64,000 nt of DNA, from NCBI RefSeq assembly GCF_009914755.1, contig NC_060939.1. The stretch is one strand, 5' to 3'. This DNA is from the human T2T-CHM13v2.0 reference genome, Homo sapiens. Of the stretch, positions 26,519 to 41,085 are shown piece after piece (the stretch's first letter is position 1; each line of letters begins with the position of its first letter). The notes beneath the pieces were generated by a model that was given only the letters and a program-made list of their open reading frames with translations, searched no databases and was not told where the DNA came from. A program made the translations under genes and the position numbers.

Positions 26519-29037
26519 CTAGGATGTGCCTAAATTAACTTTTTGACATAACCCTGTACTGATCATCCAGGTGATGGAGCTTTTGTCTAGGCTCTGCCTA
26601 AGGGGGCATTGTGACATATTTCTGCATTGATCACCCAGGTGGCGAACTCTTCTCTCGGATCTGCCTATGGGGGCATTGTGAGAAATCTCTGCACTGATCA
26701 CCCAGGTGATGTAACTGTTGTGTAACCTCTGCCTACTGGGGAATTGTGAGAGATCTCGTCACTGATTACCCAAGTGATGTAACCATTGTCTAGGCTTTGC
26801 GTACAGGGGTCTTTGTGACATACCTTTGCACTGATCACCCAGGTGATGTAACACACCTAAGTTCGGCCTAAAGGAGCTTTGTGACATATCTCTGCACTGA
26901 TCACTTAGGTGATGTAACACTTTTATAATCACTGCCTACAGGGAATTTTGACAAATCTCTGCACTGATCACCTAGGTGATGTCACTCTTGTCTACCCTCT
27001 GTCCAACGGGGCATTGTGAAATGTCTCTGCACTGATCACCCAGGTGATTCAACTCTTGACTAGGAACTGCCTACAGAGGTTATTGTGAAATATCTCTGCA
27101 ATGATAAACTAGGTGGTGTAACCATTGTCCAAGCTCTGCCTACAGGGGCGTTTCCACATATCCCTGAACTGATGACAAAGGTGATGTAACTCTTGCCTAG
27201 GCTTTGCCTACAGGGAACATTGGACATATATCTGCACTGATCACCCAGGTGATGCAACTCCTGCCTAGGCTTTGCCTACAGGGGACATTGTGACATATCT
27301 CTTCAATGATCACTCATGTGATGCATCTCTTGCCTAGGCTTTGCCTACAGGGACATTGTGACATATCTCTGCACTGATCTCCCAGGTGCTGTAACTTTAG
27401 TCTAGGCTCTGGCTACACGGCATTGTGACATATCACTGCACTGATCAACCAGGTGATATAACTCTTGTATAGGCTCTGCCTACAGGGGGATTGTGACCTA
27501 CCTCTGCACTGATCACCCAGGTGACATAACTCTTCTCTAGGATCTGCCTACAGGGTACTTTGTGACATATCCCTGCACTGATCACCCAGGTGATCTAACT
27601 CTGGTCTAAGCTCTGCCTAAAGGGGCATTGTGACAGATCTCTGCACTGATCACTCTGGTGATGTAAGTATTGTCTATGCTCTGCTTCAAGGGGCCTTGTC
27701 ACATATCTCTGCACTGATCACCCAGGTGATGTAACTCTTCTCTAGGCTCTGCTTCCAGGGCATATTGTGACATATCTATGCACTGATAACCTTAGTGATG
27801 TAACACTTTGGTAGGCTCGGCCTACAGGGGAATCTTGACATATCTCTGCACTGTTAACCGAGGTGATTTAACTCTTGTCTAGGCTCTGCCCATAGGGGGA
27901 TTGAGACATATCTCTGCACTGATCCCGAGGTGATACAACTCTTGCCTGGTCTCTGCCTACTGTGGACATTGTGACATATCTCTGCACTGATGTCCCTTGT
28001 GCTGTAACTTTAGTCTAGGCTCTGGCTACATGGCATTGTGACATATCACTGCACTGATCAACCAGGTGATATAACTCTTGTATAGACTCTGCCTACAGGG
28101 GGATTGTGACCTACCTCTGCACTGATCACCCAGGTGATATAACTCTTCTCTAGGATCTGCCTACAGGGTACTTTGTGACACATCCCTGCACTGATCACCC
28201 AGGTGATCTAACTCTGGTCTAAGCTCTGCCTAAAGGGGCATTGTGACAGATCTCTGCACTGATCAGTCTGGTGATGTAAGTATTGTCTAGGCTCTGCTTC
28301 AAGGGGCCTTGTCACATATCTCTGCACTGATCACCCAGGTGATGTAACTCTTGTCTAGGCTCTGCTTCCAGGGCATATTGTGATATATCTATGCACTGAT
28401 CACCTTAGTGATGTAACACTTTGGTAAGCTCGGCCTACAGGGGAATCTTGACATATCTCTGCACTGTTAACCGAGGTGATTTAACTCTTGACTAGGCTGT
28501 GCCCACAGGGGGATTGAGACATATCTCTGCACTGATCCCGAGGTGATACAACTCTTGCCTGGTCTCTGCCTATTGTGGACATTGTGACATATCTCTGAAC
28601 TGATCTCCCAGGTGTTGTAACTTTAGTCTGGGCTCCGGCTACACGGCATTGTGACATATCACTGCACTGATCACCCAGGCGATATAACTCTTCTCTAGGA
28701 TCTGACCACAGGGTGCTTTGTGACATATCCCCTGCAATGATCACCCAGGTGATATACCACTTGCCAAGGCTCTGCCTACAGGGGCATTGCAATGTATCTC
28801 TGCACTGATCACCTAGGTCTTGTAGCTCTTTTCTAGGATCTGCCTACAGGGTGCTTTGTGACGTGTCCCAGCAAGGATTACCCAGGTGATGTACCTCTCA
28901 TCAAGGCTCTGCCTACAGGCACATTGTGATGTATCTCTGCACTGATCACCTCGGTCATGTAACTTTTTTCTAGGCTCTACCTATGATGGCATTGTGACAT
29001 ATCTCTGCACTAATCATCCAAGTGATGTAACTCTTGT
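26519..29037 (+). repeat. 37-mer HOR variant (M15-M23 duplicated), 2519 bp
   Basis: M14/M23-type monomers start at 27376, 27989 and 28602 (613-bp spacing), and the M21 marker GTTAACCGAGG occurs twice. Confidence 0.92.
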
Positions 29038-32000
29038 CTAGGATGTGCCTAAATTAACTTTTTGACATAACCCTGTACTGATCATCCAGGTGATGGAGCT
29101 TTTGTCTAGGCTCTGCCTAAAGGGGCATTGTGACATATTTCTGCATTGATCACCCAGGTGGCGAAGTCTTCTCTCGGATCTGTCTATGGGGGGCATTGTG
29201 AGAAATCTCTGCACTGATCACCCAGGTGATGTAACTGTTGTGTAACCTCTGCCTACAGGGGAATTGTGAGAGATCTCGTCACTGATTACCCAAGTGATGT
29301 AACCATTGTCTAGGCTTTTGCGTACAGGGGGCTTTGTGACATACCTTTGCACTGATCACCCAGGTGATGTAACACATCTAAGTTCGGCCTAAAGGAGCTT
29401 TGTGACATATCTCTGCACTGATCACTTAGGTGATGTAACACTTTCATAATCACTGCCTACAGGGAATTTTGACAAATCTCTGCACTGATCACCTAGGTGA
29501 TGTAACTCTTGTCTACCCTCTGTCCAACGGGGCATTGTGAAATGTCTCTGCACTGATCACCCAGGTGATACAACTCTTGACTAGAAACTGCCTGCAGAGG
29601 TTATTGTGAAATATCTCTGCACTGATAAACTAGGTGGTGTAACCCTTGTCCAAGCTCTGCCTACAGGGGCGTTTCCACATATCCCTGAACTGATGACAAA
29701 GGTGATGTAACTCTTGCCTAGGCTTTGCCTACAGGGAACATTGGACATATATCTGCACTGATCACCCAGGTGATGCAACTCTTGCCTAGGCTTTGCCTAC
29801 AGGGGACATTGTGACATAGCTCTTCAATGATCACTCACGTGATGCATCTCTTGCCTAGGCTTTGCCTACAGGGGACATTGTGACATATCTCTGCACTGAT
29901 CTCCCAGGTGCTGTAACTTTAGTCTAGGCTCTGGCTACACGCATTGTGACATATCACTGCACTGATCAACCAGGTGATATAACTCTTGTATAGGCTCTGC
30001 CTACAGGGGGATTGTGACCTACCTCTGCACTGATCACCCAGGTGATATAACTCTTCTCTAGGATCTGCCTACAGGGTACTTTGTGACATATCCCTGCACT
30101 GATCACCCAGGTGATCTAACTCTGATCTAAGCTCTGCCTAAAGGGGCATTGTGACAGATCTCTGCACTGATCCCACTGGTGATGTAAGTATTGTCTAGGC
30201 TCTGCTTCAAGGGGCCTTGTCACATATCTCTGCACTGATCACCCAGGTGATGTAACTATTGTCTAGGCTCTGCTTCCAGGGCATATCGTGACATATGTAT
30301 GCACTGATCACCTTAGTGATGTAACACTTTGGTAGGCTCGGCCTACAGGGGAATCTTGACATATCTCTGCACTGTTAACCGAGGTGATTTAACACTTGTC
30401 TAGGCTGTGACCACAGGGGGATTGAGACATATCTCTGCACTGATCCCGAGGTGATACAACTCTTGCCTGGTCTCTGCCTACTGTGGACGTTGTGACAAAT
30501 CTCTGCACTGATGTCCCAGGAGCTGTAACTTTAGTCTAGGCTCTGGCTACACGGCATTGTGACATATCACTGCACTGATCACCCAGGCGATATAACTCTT
30601 CTCTCTAGGATCTGACCACAGGGTGCTTTGTGACATATCCCTGCAATGATCACCCAGGTGATATACCACTTGCCAAGGCTCTGCCTACAGGGGCATTGCA
30701 ATGTATCTCTGCACTGATCACCTAGGTCTTGTAGCTATTTTCTAGGATCTGCCTACAGGGTGCTTTGTGACGTGTCCCAGCAAGGATTACCCAGGTGATG
30801 TACCTCTCATCAAGGCTCTGCCTACAGGCACATTGTGATGTATCTCTGCACTGATCACCTAGGTCATGTAACTTTTTTCTAGGCTCTACCTACGATGGCA
30901 TTGTGAAATATCTCTGTACTAATTATCCAAGTGATGTAACTCTTGTCTAGGATGTGCCTAAATTAACTTTTTGACATAACCCTGTACTGATCATCCAGGT
31001 GATGGAGCTTTTGTCTAGGCTCTGCCTAAGGGGGCATTGTGACATATTTCTGCATTGATCACCCAGGTGGCGAACTCTTCTCTCGGATCTGCCTTTGGGG
31101 GCATTGTGAGAAATCTCTGCACTGATCACCCAGTTGATGTAACTGTTGTGTAACCTCTGCCTACAGGGGAATTGTGAGAGATCTCGTCACTCATTACCCA
31201 AGTGATGTAACCATTTTCTAGGCTTTGCGTACAGGGGGCTTTGTGACATACCTTTGCACTGATCACCCAGGTGATGTAACACATCTAATTTCGGCCTAAA
31301 GGAGCTTTGTGACATATCTCTGCACTGATCACTTAGGTGATGTAACACTTTTATAATCACTGCCTACAGGGAATTTTGACAAATCTCTGCACTGATCACC
31401 TAGGTGATGTAACTCTTGTCTACCCTCTGTCCAACGGGGCATTGTGAAATGTCTCTGCACTGAACACCCAGGTGATTCAACTCTTGACTAGGAACGGCCT
31501 ACAGAGGTTATTGTGAAATATCTCTGCACTGATAAACTAGGTGGTGTAACCCTTGTCCAAGCTCTGCCTACAGGGGCGTTTCCACATATCCCTGAACTGA
31601 TGACAAAGGTGATGTAACTCTTGCCTAGGCTTTGTCTACAGGGAACATTGGACATATATCTGCACTGATCACCCAGGTGATGCAACTCTTGCCTAGGCTT
31701 TGCCTACAGGGGACATTGTGACATATCTCTTCAATGATCACTCATGTGATGCATCTCTTGCCTAGGCTTTGCCTACAGGGACATTGTGACATATCTCTGC
31801 ACTGATCTCCAGGTGCTGTAACTTTAGTCTAGGCTCTGGCTACACGGCATTGTGACATATCACTGCACTGATCAACCAGGTGATATGACTCTTGTATAGG
31901 CTCTGCCTACAGGGGGATTGTGACCTACCTCTGTACTGATCACCCAGGTGATATAACTCTTCTCTAGGATCTGCCTACAAGGTAATTTGTGACACATCCC

Positions 32001-34755
32001 TGCACTGATCACCCAGGTGATCTAACTCTGGTCTAAGCTCTGCCTAAAGGGGCATTGTGACAGATCTCTGCACTGATCAGTCTGGTGATGTAAGTATTGT
32101 CTAGGCTCTGCTTCAAGGGGCCTTGTCACATATCTCTGCACTGATCACCCAGGTGATGTAACTCTTGTCTAGGCTCTGCTTCCAGGGCATATTGTGATAT
32201 ATCTATGCACTGATCACCTCAGTGATGTAACACTTTGGTAGGCTCGGCTTACAGGGGAATCTTGACATATCTCTGCACTGTTAACCGAGGTGATTTAACT
32301 CTTGTCTAGGCTGTGCCCACAGGGGGATTGAGACATATCTCTGCACTGATCCCGAGGTGATACAACTCTTGCCTGGTCTCTGCCTAGTGTGGACATTGTG
32401 ACATATCTCTGAACTGATCTCCCAGGTGCTGTAACTTTAGTCTGGGCTCCGGCTACACGGCATTGTGTCATATCACTGCACTGATCACCCAGGCGATATA
32501 ACTCTTCTCTAGGATCTGACCACAGGGTGCTTTGTGACATATCCCTGCAATGATCACCCAGGTGATATACCACTTGCCAAGGCTCTGCCTACAGGGGCAT
32601 TGCAATGTATCTCTGCACTGATCACCTAGGTCTTATAGCTCTTTTCTAGGATCTGCATACAGGGTGCTTTGTGACGTGTCCCAGCAAGGATTACCTAGGT
32701 GATGTACCTCTCATCAAGGCTCTGCCTACAGGCACATTGTGATGTATCTCTGCACTGATCACCTCGGTCATGTAACTTTTTTCCAAGCTCTACCTACGAT
32801 GGCATTGTGACATATCTCTGCACTAATCATCCAAGTGATGTAACACTTGTCTAGGATGTGCCTAAATTAACTTTTTGACATAAACCTGTACTGATCATCC
32901 AGGTGATGGAGCTTTTGTCTAGGCTCTGCCTAAGGGGGCATTGTGACATATTTCTGCATTGATCACCCAGGTGGCGAACTCTTCTCTCGGATCTGCCTAT
33001 GGGGGCATTGTGAGAAATCTCTGCACTGATCACCCAGGTGATGTAACTGTTGTGTAACCTCTGCCTACAGGGGAATTGTGAGAGATCTCGTCACTGATTA
33101 TCCAAGTGATGTAACCATTGTCTAGGCTTTGCGTACAGGGGGCTTTGTGACATACCTTTGCACTGATCACCCAGGTGATGTAACACATCTAAGTTCGGCC
33201 TAAAGGAGCTTTGTGACATATCTCTGCACTGATCACTTAGGTGATGTAACACTTTTATAATCACTGCCTACAGGGAATTTTGACAAATCTCTGCACTGAT
33301 CACCTAGGTGATGTCACTCTTGTCTACCCTCTGTCCAACGGGGCATTGTGAAATGTCTCTGCACTGATCACCCAGGTGATTCAACTCTTGACTAGGAACT
33401 GCCTACAGAGGTTATTGTGAAATATCTCTGCAATGATAAACTAGGTGGTGTAACCATTGTCCAAGCTCTGCCTACAGGGGCGTTTCCACATATCCCTGAA
33501 CTGATGACAAAGGTGATGTAACTCTTGCCTAGGCTTTGCCTACAGGGAACATTGGACATATATCTGCACTGATCACCCAGGTGATGCAACTCTTGCCTAG
33601 GCTTTGCCTACAGGGGACATTGTGACATATCTCTTCAATGATCACTCATGTGATGCATCTCTTGCCTAGGCTTTGCCTACAGGGGACATTGTGACATATC
33701 TCTGCACTGATCTCCAGGTGCTGTAACTTTAGTCTAGGCTCTGGCTACATGGCATTGTGACATATCACTGCACTGATCAACCAGGTGATATAACTCTTGT
33801 ATAGGCTCTGCCTACAGGGGGATTGTGACCTGCTTCTGCACTGATCACCCAGGTGACATAACTCTTCTCTAAGATCTGCCTACAGGGTACTTTGTGACAC
33901 ATCCCTGCACTGATCACCCAGGTGATCTAACTCTGGTCTAAGCTCTGCCTAAAGGGGCATTGTGACAGAACTCTGCACTGATCAGTCTGGTGATGTAAGT
34001 ATTTTCTAGGCTCTGCTTCAAGGGGCCTTGTCACATATCTCTGCACTGATCACCCAGGTGATGTAACTCTTGTCTAGGCTCTGCTTCCAGGTCATATCGT
34101 GACATATGTATGCACTGATCACCTTAGTGATGTAACACTTTGGTAGGCTCGGCCTACAGGGGAATCTTGACATATCTCTGCACTGTTAACCGAGGTGATT
34201 TAACACTTGTCTAGGCTGTGACCACAGGGGGATTGAGACATATCTCTGCACTGATCCCGAGGTGATACAACTCTTGCCTGGTCTCTGCCTACTGTGGACG
34301 TTGTGACAAATCTCTGCACTGATGTCCCAGGAGCTGTAACTTTAGTCTAGGCTCTGGCTACACGGCATTGTGACATATCACTGCACTGATCACCCAGGCG
34401 ATATAACTCTTCTCTAGGATCTGACCACAGGGTGCTTTGTGACATATCCCTGCAATGATCACCCAGGTGATATACCACTTGCCAAGGCTCTGCCTACAGG
34501 GGCATTGCAATGTATCTCTGCACTGATCACCTAGGTCTTGTAGCTATTTTCTAGGATCTGCCTACAGGGTGCTTTGTGACGTGTCCCAGCAAGGATTACC
34601 CAGGTGATGTACCTCTCATCAAGGCTCTGCCTACAGGCACATTGTGATGTATCTCTGCACTGATCACCTAGGTCATGTAACTTTTTTCTAGGCTCTACCT
34701 ACGATGGCATTGTGAAATATCTCTGCACTAATTATCCAAGTGATGTAACTCTTGT

Positions 34756-37274
34756 CTAGGATGTGCCTAAATTAACTTTTTGACATAACCCTGTACTGAT
34801 CATCCAGGTGATGGAGCTTTTGTCTAGGCTCTGCCTAAGGGGGCATTGTGACATATTTCTGCATTGATCACCCAGGTGGCGAGCTCTTCTCTCGGATCTG
34901 CCTATGGGGGCATTGTGAGAAATCTCTGCACTGATCACCCAGGTGATGTAACTGTTGTGTAACCTCTGCCTACAGGGGAATTGTGAGAGATCTCGTCACT
35001 CATTACCCAAGTGATGTAACCATTGTCTAGGCTTTGCGTACAGGGGGCTTTGTGACATACCTTTGCACTGATCACCCAGGTGATGTAACACATCTAAGTT
35101 CGGCCTAAAGGAGCTTTGTGACATATCTCTGCACTGATCGCTTAGGTGATGTAACACTTTTATAATCACTGCCTACAGGGAATTTTGACAAATCTCTGCA
35201 CTGATCACCTAGGTGATGTCACTCTTGTCTACCCTCTGTCCAACGGGGCATTGTGAAATGTCTCTGCACTGATCACCCAGGTGATTCAACTCTTGACTAG
35301 GAACTGCCTACAGAGGTTATTGTGAAATATCTCTGCAATGATAAACTACGTGGTGTAACCATTGTCCAAGCTCTGCCTACAGGGGCGTTTCCACATATCC
35401 CTGAACTGATGACAAAGGTGATGTAACTCTTGCCTAGGCTTTGCCTACAGGGAACATTGGACATATATCTGCACTGATCACCCAGGTGATGCAACTCTTG
35501 CCTAGGCTTTGCCTACAGGGGACATTGTGACATATCTCTTCAATGATCACTCATGTGATGCATCTCTTACCTAGGCTTTGCCTACAGGGAACATTGTGAC
35601 ATATCTCTGCACTGATCTCCCAGGTGCTGTAACTTTAGTCTAGGCTCTGGCTACACGGCATTGTGACATATCACTGCACTGATCAACCAGGTGATATAAC
35701 TCTTGTATAGGCTCTGCCTACAGGGGGATTGTGACCTACCTCTGCACTGATCACCCAGGTGACATAACTCTTCTCTAGGATCTGCCTACAGGGTACTTTG
35801 TGACATATCCCTGCACTGATCACCCTGGTGATCTAACTCTGGTCTAAGCTCTGCCTAAAGGGGCATTGTGACAGATCTCTGCTCTGATCACTCTGGTGAT
35901 GTAAGTATTGTCTATGCTCTGCTTCAAGGGGCCTTGTCACATATCTCTGCACTGATCACCCAGGTGATGTAACTCTTCTCTAGGCTCTGCTTCCAGGGCA
36001 TATTGTGACATATCTACGCACTGATCACCTTAGTGATGTAACACTTTGGTAGGCTCGGCCTACAGGGGAATCTTGACATATCTCTGCACTGTTAACCGAG
36101 GTGATTTAACTCTTGTCTAGGCTCTGCCCACAGGGGGATTGAGACATATCTCTGCACTGATCCCGAGGTGATACAACTCTTGCCTGGTCTCTGCCTACTG
36201 TGGACATTGTGACATATCTCTGCACTGATGTCCCATGTGCTGTAACTTTAGTCTAGGCTCTGGCTACATGGCATTGTGACATATCACTGCACTGATCAAC
36301 CAGGTGATATAACTCTTGTATAGACTCTGCCTACAGGGGGATTGTGACCTACCTCTGCACTGATCACCCAGGTGATATAACTCTTCTCTAGGATCTGCCT
36401 ACAGGGTACTTTGTGACACATCCCTGCACTGATCACCCAGGTGATCTAACTCTGGTCTAAGCTCTGCCTAAAGGGGCATTGTGACAGATCTCTGCACTGA
36501 TCAGTCTGGTGATGTAAGTATTGTCTAGGCTCTGCTTCAAGGGGCCTTGTCACATATCTCTGCACTGATCACCCAGGTGATGTAACTCTTGTCTAGGCTC
36601 TGCTTCCAGGGCATATTGTGATATATCTATGCACTGATCACCTTAGTGATGTAACACTTTGGTAAGCTCGGCCTACAGGGGAATCTTGACATATCTCTGC
36701 ACTGTTAACCGAGGTGATTTAACTCTTGACTAGGCTGTGCCCACAGGGGGATTGAGACATATCTCTGCACTGATCCCGAGGTGATACAACTCTTGCCTGG
36801 TCTCTGCCTAGTGTGGACATTGTGACATATCTCTGAACTGATCTCCCAGGTGCTGTAACTTTAGTCTGGGCTCCGGCTACACGGCATTGTGACATATCAC
36901 TGCACTGATCACCCAGGCGATATAACTCTTCTCTAGGATCTGACCACAGGGTGCTTTGTGACATATCCCTGCAATGATCACCCAGGTGATATACCACTTG
37001 CCAAGGCTCTGCCTACAGGGGCATTGCAATGTATCTCTGCACTGATCACCTAGGTCTTGTAGCTCTTTTCTAGGATCTGCCTACAGGGTGCTTTGTGACG
37101 TGTCCCAGCAAGGATTACCCAGGTGATGTACCTCTCATCAAGGCTCTGCCTACAGGCACATTGTGATGTATCTCTGCACTGATCACCTCGGTCATGTAAC
37201 TTTTTTCTAGGCTCTACCTATGATGGCATTGTGACATATCTCTGCACTAATCATCCAAGTGATGTAACTCTTGT
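34756..37274 (+). repeat. 37-mer HOR variant, 2519 bp
   Basis: It carries the same internal 9-monomer duplication, with the junction monomer GATGTCCCATGTGCTG...GGCTACATGGC at about 36227. Confidence 0.92.
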
Positions 37275-40200
37275 CTAGGATGTGCCTAAATTAACTTTTT
37301 GACATAACCCTGTACTGATCATCCAGGTGATGGAGCTTTTGTCTAGGCTCTGCCTAAAGGGGCATTGTGACATATTTCTGCATTGATCACCCAGGTGGCG
37401 AAGTCTTCTCTCGGATCTGTCTATGGGGGCATTGTGAGAAATCTCTGCACTGATCACCCAGGTGATGTAACTGTTGTGTAACCTCTGCCTACAGGGGAAT
37501 TGTGAGAGATCTCGTCACTGATTACCCAAGTGATGTAACCATTGTCTAGGCTTTGCGTACAGGGGGCTTTGTGACATACCTTTGCACTGATCACCCAGGT
37601 GATGTAACACATCTAAGTTCGGCCTAAAGGAGCTTTGTGACATATCTCTGCACTGATCACTTAGGTGATGTAACACTTTCATAATCACTGCCTACAGGGA
37701 ATTTTGACAAATCTCTGCACTGATCACCTAGGTGATGTAACTCTTGTCTACCCTCTGTCCAACGGGGCATTGTGAAATGTCTCTGCACTGATCACCCAGG
37801 TGATACAACTCTTGACTAGAAACTGCCTGCAGAGGTTATTGTGAAATATCTCTGCACTGATAAACTAGGTGGTGTAACCCTTGTCCAAGCTCTGCCTACA
37901 GGGGCGTTTCCACATATCCCTGAACTGATGACAAAGGTGATGTAACTCTTGCCTAGGCTTTGCCTACAGGGAACATTGGACATATATCTGCACTGATCAC
38001 CCAGGTGATGCAACTCTTGCCTAGGCTTTGCCTACAGGGGACATTGTGACATATCTCTTCAATGATCACTCACGTGATGCATCTCTTGCCTAGGCTTTGC
38101 CTACAGGGGACATTGTGACATATCTCTGCACTGATCTCCCACGTGCTGTAACTTTAGTCTAGGCTCTGGCTACACGGCATTGGGACATATCACTGCACTG
38201 ATCAACCAGGTGATATAACTCTTGTATAGGCTCTGCCTACAGGGGTATTGTGACCTACCTCTGCACTGATCACTCAGGTGATATAACTCTTCTCTAGGAT
38301 CTGCCTACAGGGTACTTTGTGACATATCCCTGCACTGATCACCCAGGTGATCTAACTCTGATCTAAGCTCTGCCTAAAGGGGCATTGTGACAGATCTCTG
38401 CACTGATCCCTCTGGTGATGTAAGTATTGTCTAGGCTCTGCTTCAAGGGGCCTTGTCACATATCTCTGCACTGATCACCCAGGTGATGTAACTCTTGTCT
38501 AGGCTCTGCTTCCAGGGCATATCGTGACATATGTATGCACTGATCACCTTAGTGATGTAACACTTTGGTAGGCTCGGCCTACAGGGGAATCTTGACATAT
38601 CTCTGCACTGTTAACCGAGGTGATTTAACACTTGTCTAGGCTGTGACCACAGGGGGATTGAGACATATCTCTGCACTGATCCCGAGGTGATACAACTCTT
38701 GCCTGGTCTCTGCCTACTGTGGACGTTGTGACAAATCTCTGCACTGATGTCCCAGGAGCTGTAACTTTAGTCTAGGCTCTGGCTACACGGCATTGTGACA
38801 TATCACTGCACTGATCACCCAGGCGATATAACTCTTCTCTAGGATCTGACCACAGGGTGCTTTGTGACATATCCCTGCAATGATCACCCAGGTGATATAC
38901 CACTTGCCAAGGCTCTGCCTACAGGGGCATTGCAATGTATCTCTGCACTGATCACCTAGGTCTTGTAGCTATTTTCTAGGATCTGCCTACAGGGTGCTTT
39001 GTGACGTGTCCCAGCAAGGATTACCCAGGTGATGTACCTCTCATCAAGGCTCTGCCTACAGGCACATTGTGATGTATCTCTGCACTGATCACCTAGGTCA
39101 TGTAACTTTTTTCTAGGCTCTACCTACGATGGCATTGTGAAATATCTCTGCACTAATTATCCAAGTGATGTAACTCTTGTCTAGGATGTGCCTAAAGTAA
39201 CTTTTTGACATAACCCTGTACTGATCATCCAGGTGATGGAGCTTTTGTCTAGGCTCTGCCTAAGGGGGCATTGTGACATATTTCTGCATTGATCACCCAG
39301 GTGGCGAGCTCTTCTCTCGGATCTGCCTATGGGGGCATTGTGAGAAATCTCTGCACTGATCACCCAGGTGATGTAACTGTTGTGTAACCTCTGCCTACAG
39401 GGGAATTGTGAGAGATCTCGTCACTCATTACCCAAGTGATGTAACCATTGTCTAGGCTTTGCGTACAGGGGGCTTTGTGACATACCTTTGCACTGATCAC
39501 CCAGGTGATGTAACACATCTAAGTTCGGCCTAAAGGAGCTTTGTGACATATCTCTGCACTGATCACTTAGGTGATGTAACACTTTTATAATCACTGCCTA
39601 CAGGGAATTTTGACAAATCTCTGCACTCATCACCTAGGTGATGTAACTCTTGTCTACCCTCTGTCCAACGGGGCATTGTGAAATGTCTCTGCACTGATCA
39701 CCCAGGTGATTCAACTCTTGACTAGGAACGGCCTACAGAGGTTATTGTGAAATATCTCTGCACTGATAAACTAGGTGGTGTAACCCTTGTCCAAGCTCTG
39801 CCTACAGGGGCGTTTCCACATATCCCTGAACTGATGACAAAGGTGATGTAACTCTTGCCTAGGCTTTGTCTACAGGGAACATTGGACATATATCTGCACT
39901 GATCACCCAGGTGATGCAACTCTTGCCTAGGCTTTGCCTACAGGGGACATTGTGACATATCTCTTCAATGATCACTCATTTGATGCATCTCTTGCCTAGG
40001 CTTTGCCTACAGGGACATTGTGACATATCTCTGCACTGATCTCCCAGGTGCTGTAACTTTAGTCTAGGCTCTGGCTACACGGCATTGTGACATATCACTG
40101 CACTGATCAACCAGGTGATATGACTCTTGTATAGGCTCTGCCTACAGGGGGATTGTGACCTACCTCTGCACTGATCACCCAGGTGATATAACTCTTCTCT

Positions 40201-41085
40201 AGGATCTGCCTACAAGGTAATTTGTGACACATCCCTGCACTGATCACCCAGGTGATCTAACTCTGGTCTAAGCTCTGCCTAAAGGGGCATTGTGACAGAT
40301 CTCTGCACTGATCAGTCTGGTGATGTAAGTATTGTCTAGGCTCTGCTTCAAGGGGCCTTGTCACATATCTCTGCACTGATCACCCAGGTGATGTAACTCT
40401 TGTCTAGGCTCTGCTTCCAGGGCATATTGTGATATATCTATGCACTGATCACCTCAGTGATGTAACACTTTGGTAGGCTCGGCTTACAGGGGAATCTTGA
40501 CATATCTCTGCACTGTTAACCGAGGTGATTTAACTCTTGTCTAGGCTGTGCCCACAGGGGGATTGAGACATATCTCTGCACTGATCCCGAGGTGATACAA
40601 CTCTTGCCTGGTCTCTGCCTAGTGTGGACATTGTGACATATCTCTGAACTGATCTCCCAGGTGCTGTAACTTTAGTCTGGGCTCCGGCTACACGGCATTG
40701 TGACATATCACTGCACTGATCACCCAGGCGATATAACTCTTCTCTGGGATCTGACCACAGGGTGCTTTGTGACATATCCCTGCAATGATCACCCAGGTGA
40801 TATACCACTTGCCAAGGCTCTGCCTACAGGGGCATTGCAATGTATCTCTGCACTGATCACCTAGGTCTTGTAGCTCTTTTCTAGGATCTGCATACAGGGT
40901 GCTTTGTGACGTGTCCCAGCAAGGATTACCCAGGTGATGTACCTCTCATCAAGGCTCTGCCTACAGGCACATTGTGATGTATCTCTGCACTGATCACCTC
41001 GGTCATGTAACTTTTTTCCAAGCTCTACCTACGATGGCATTGTGACATATCTCTGCACTAATCATCCAAGTGATGTAACACTTGT

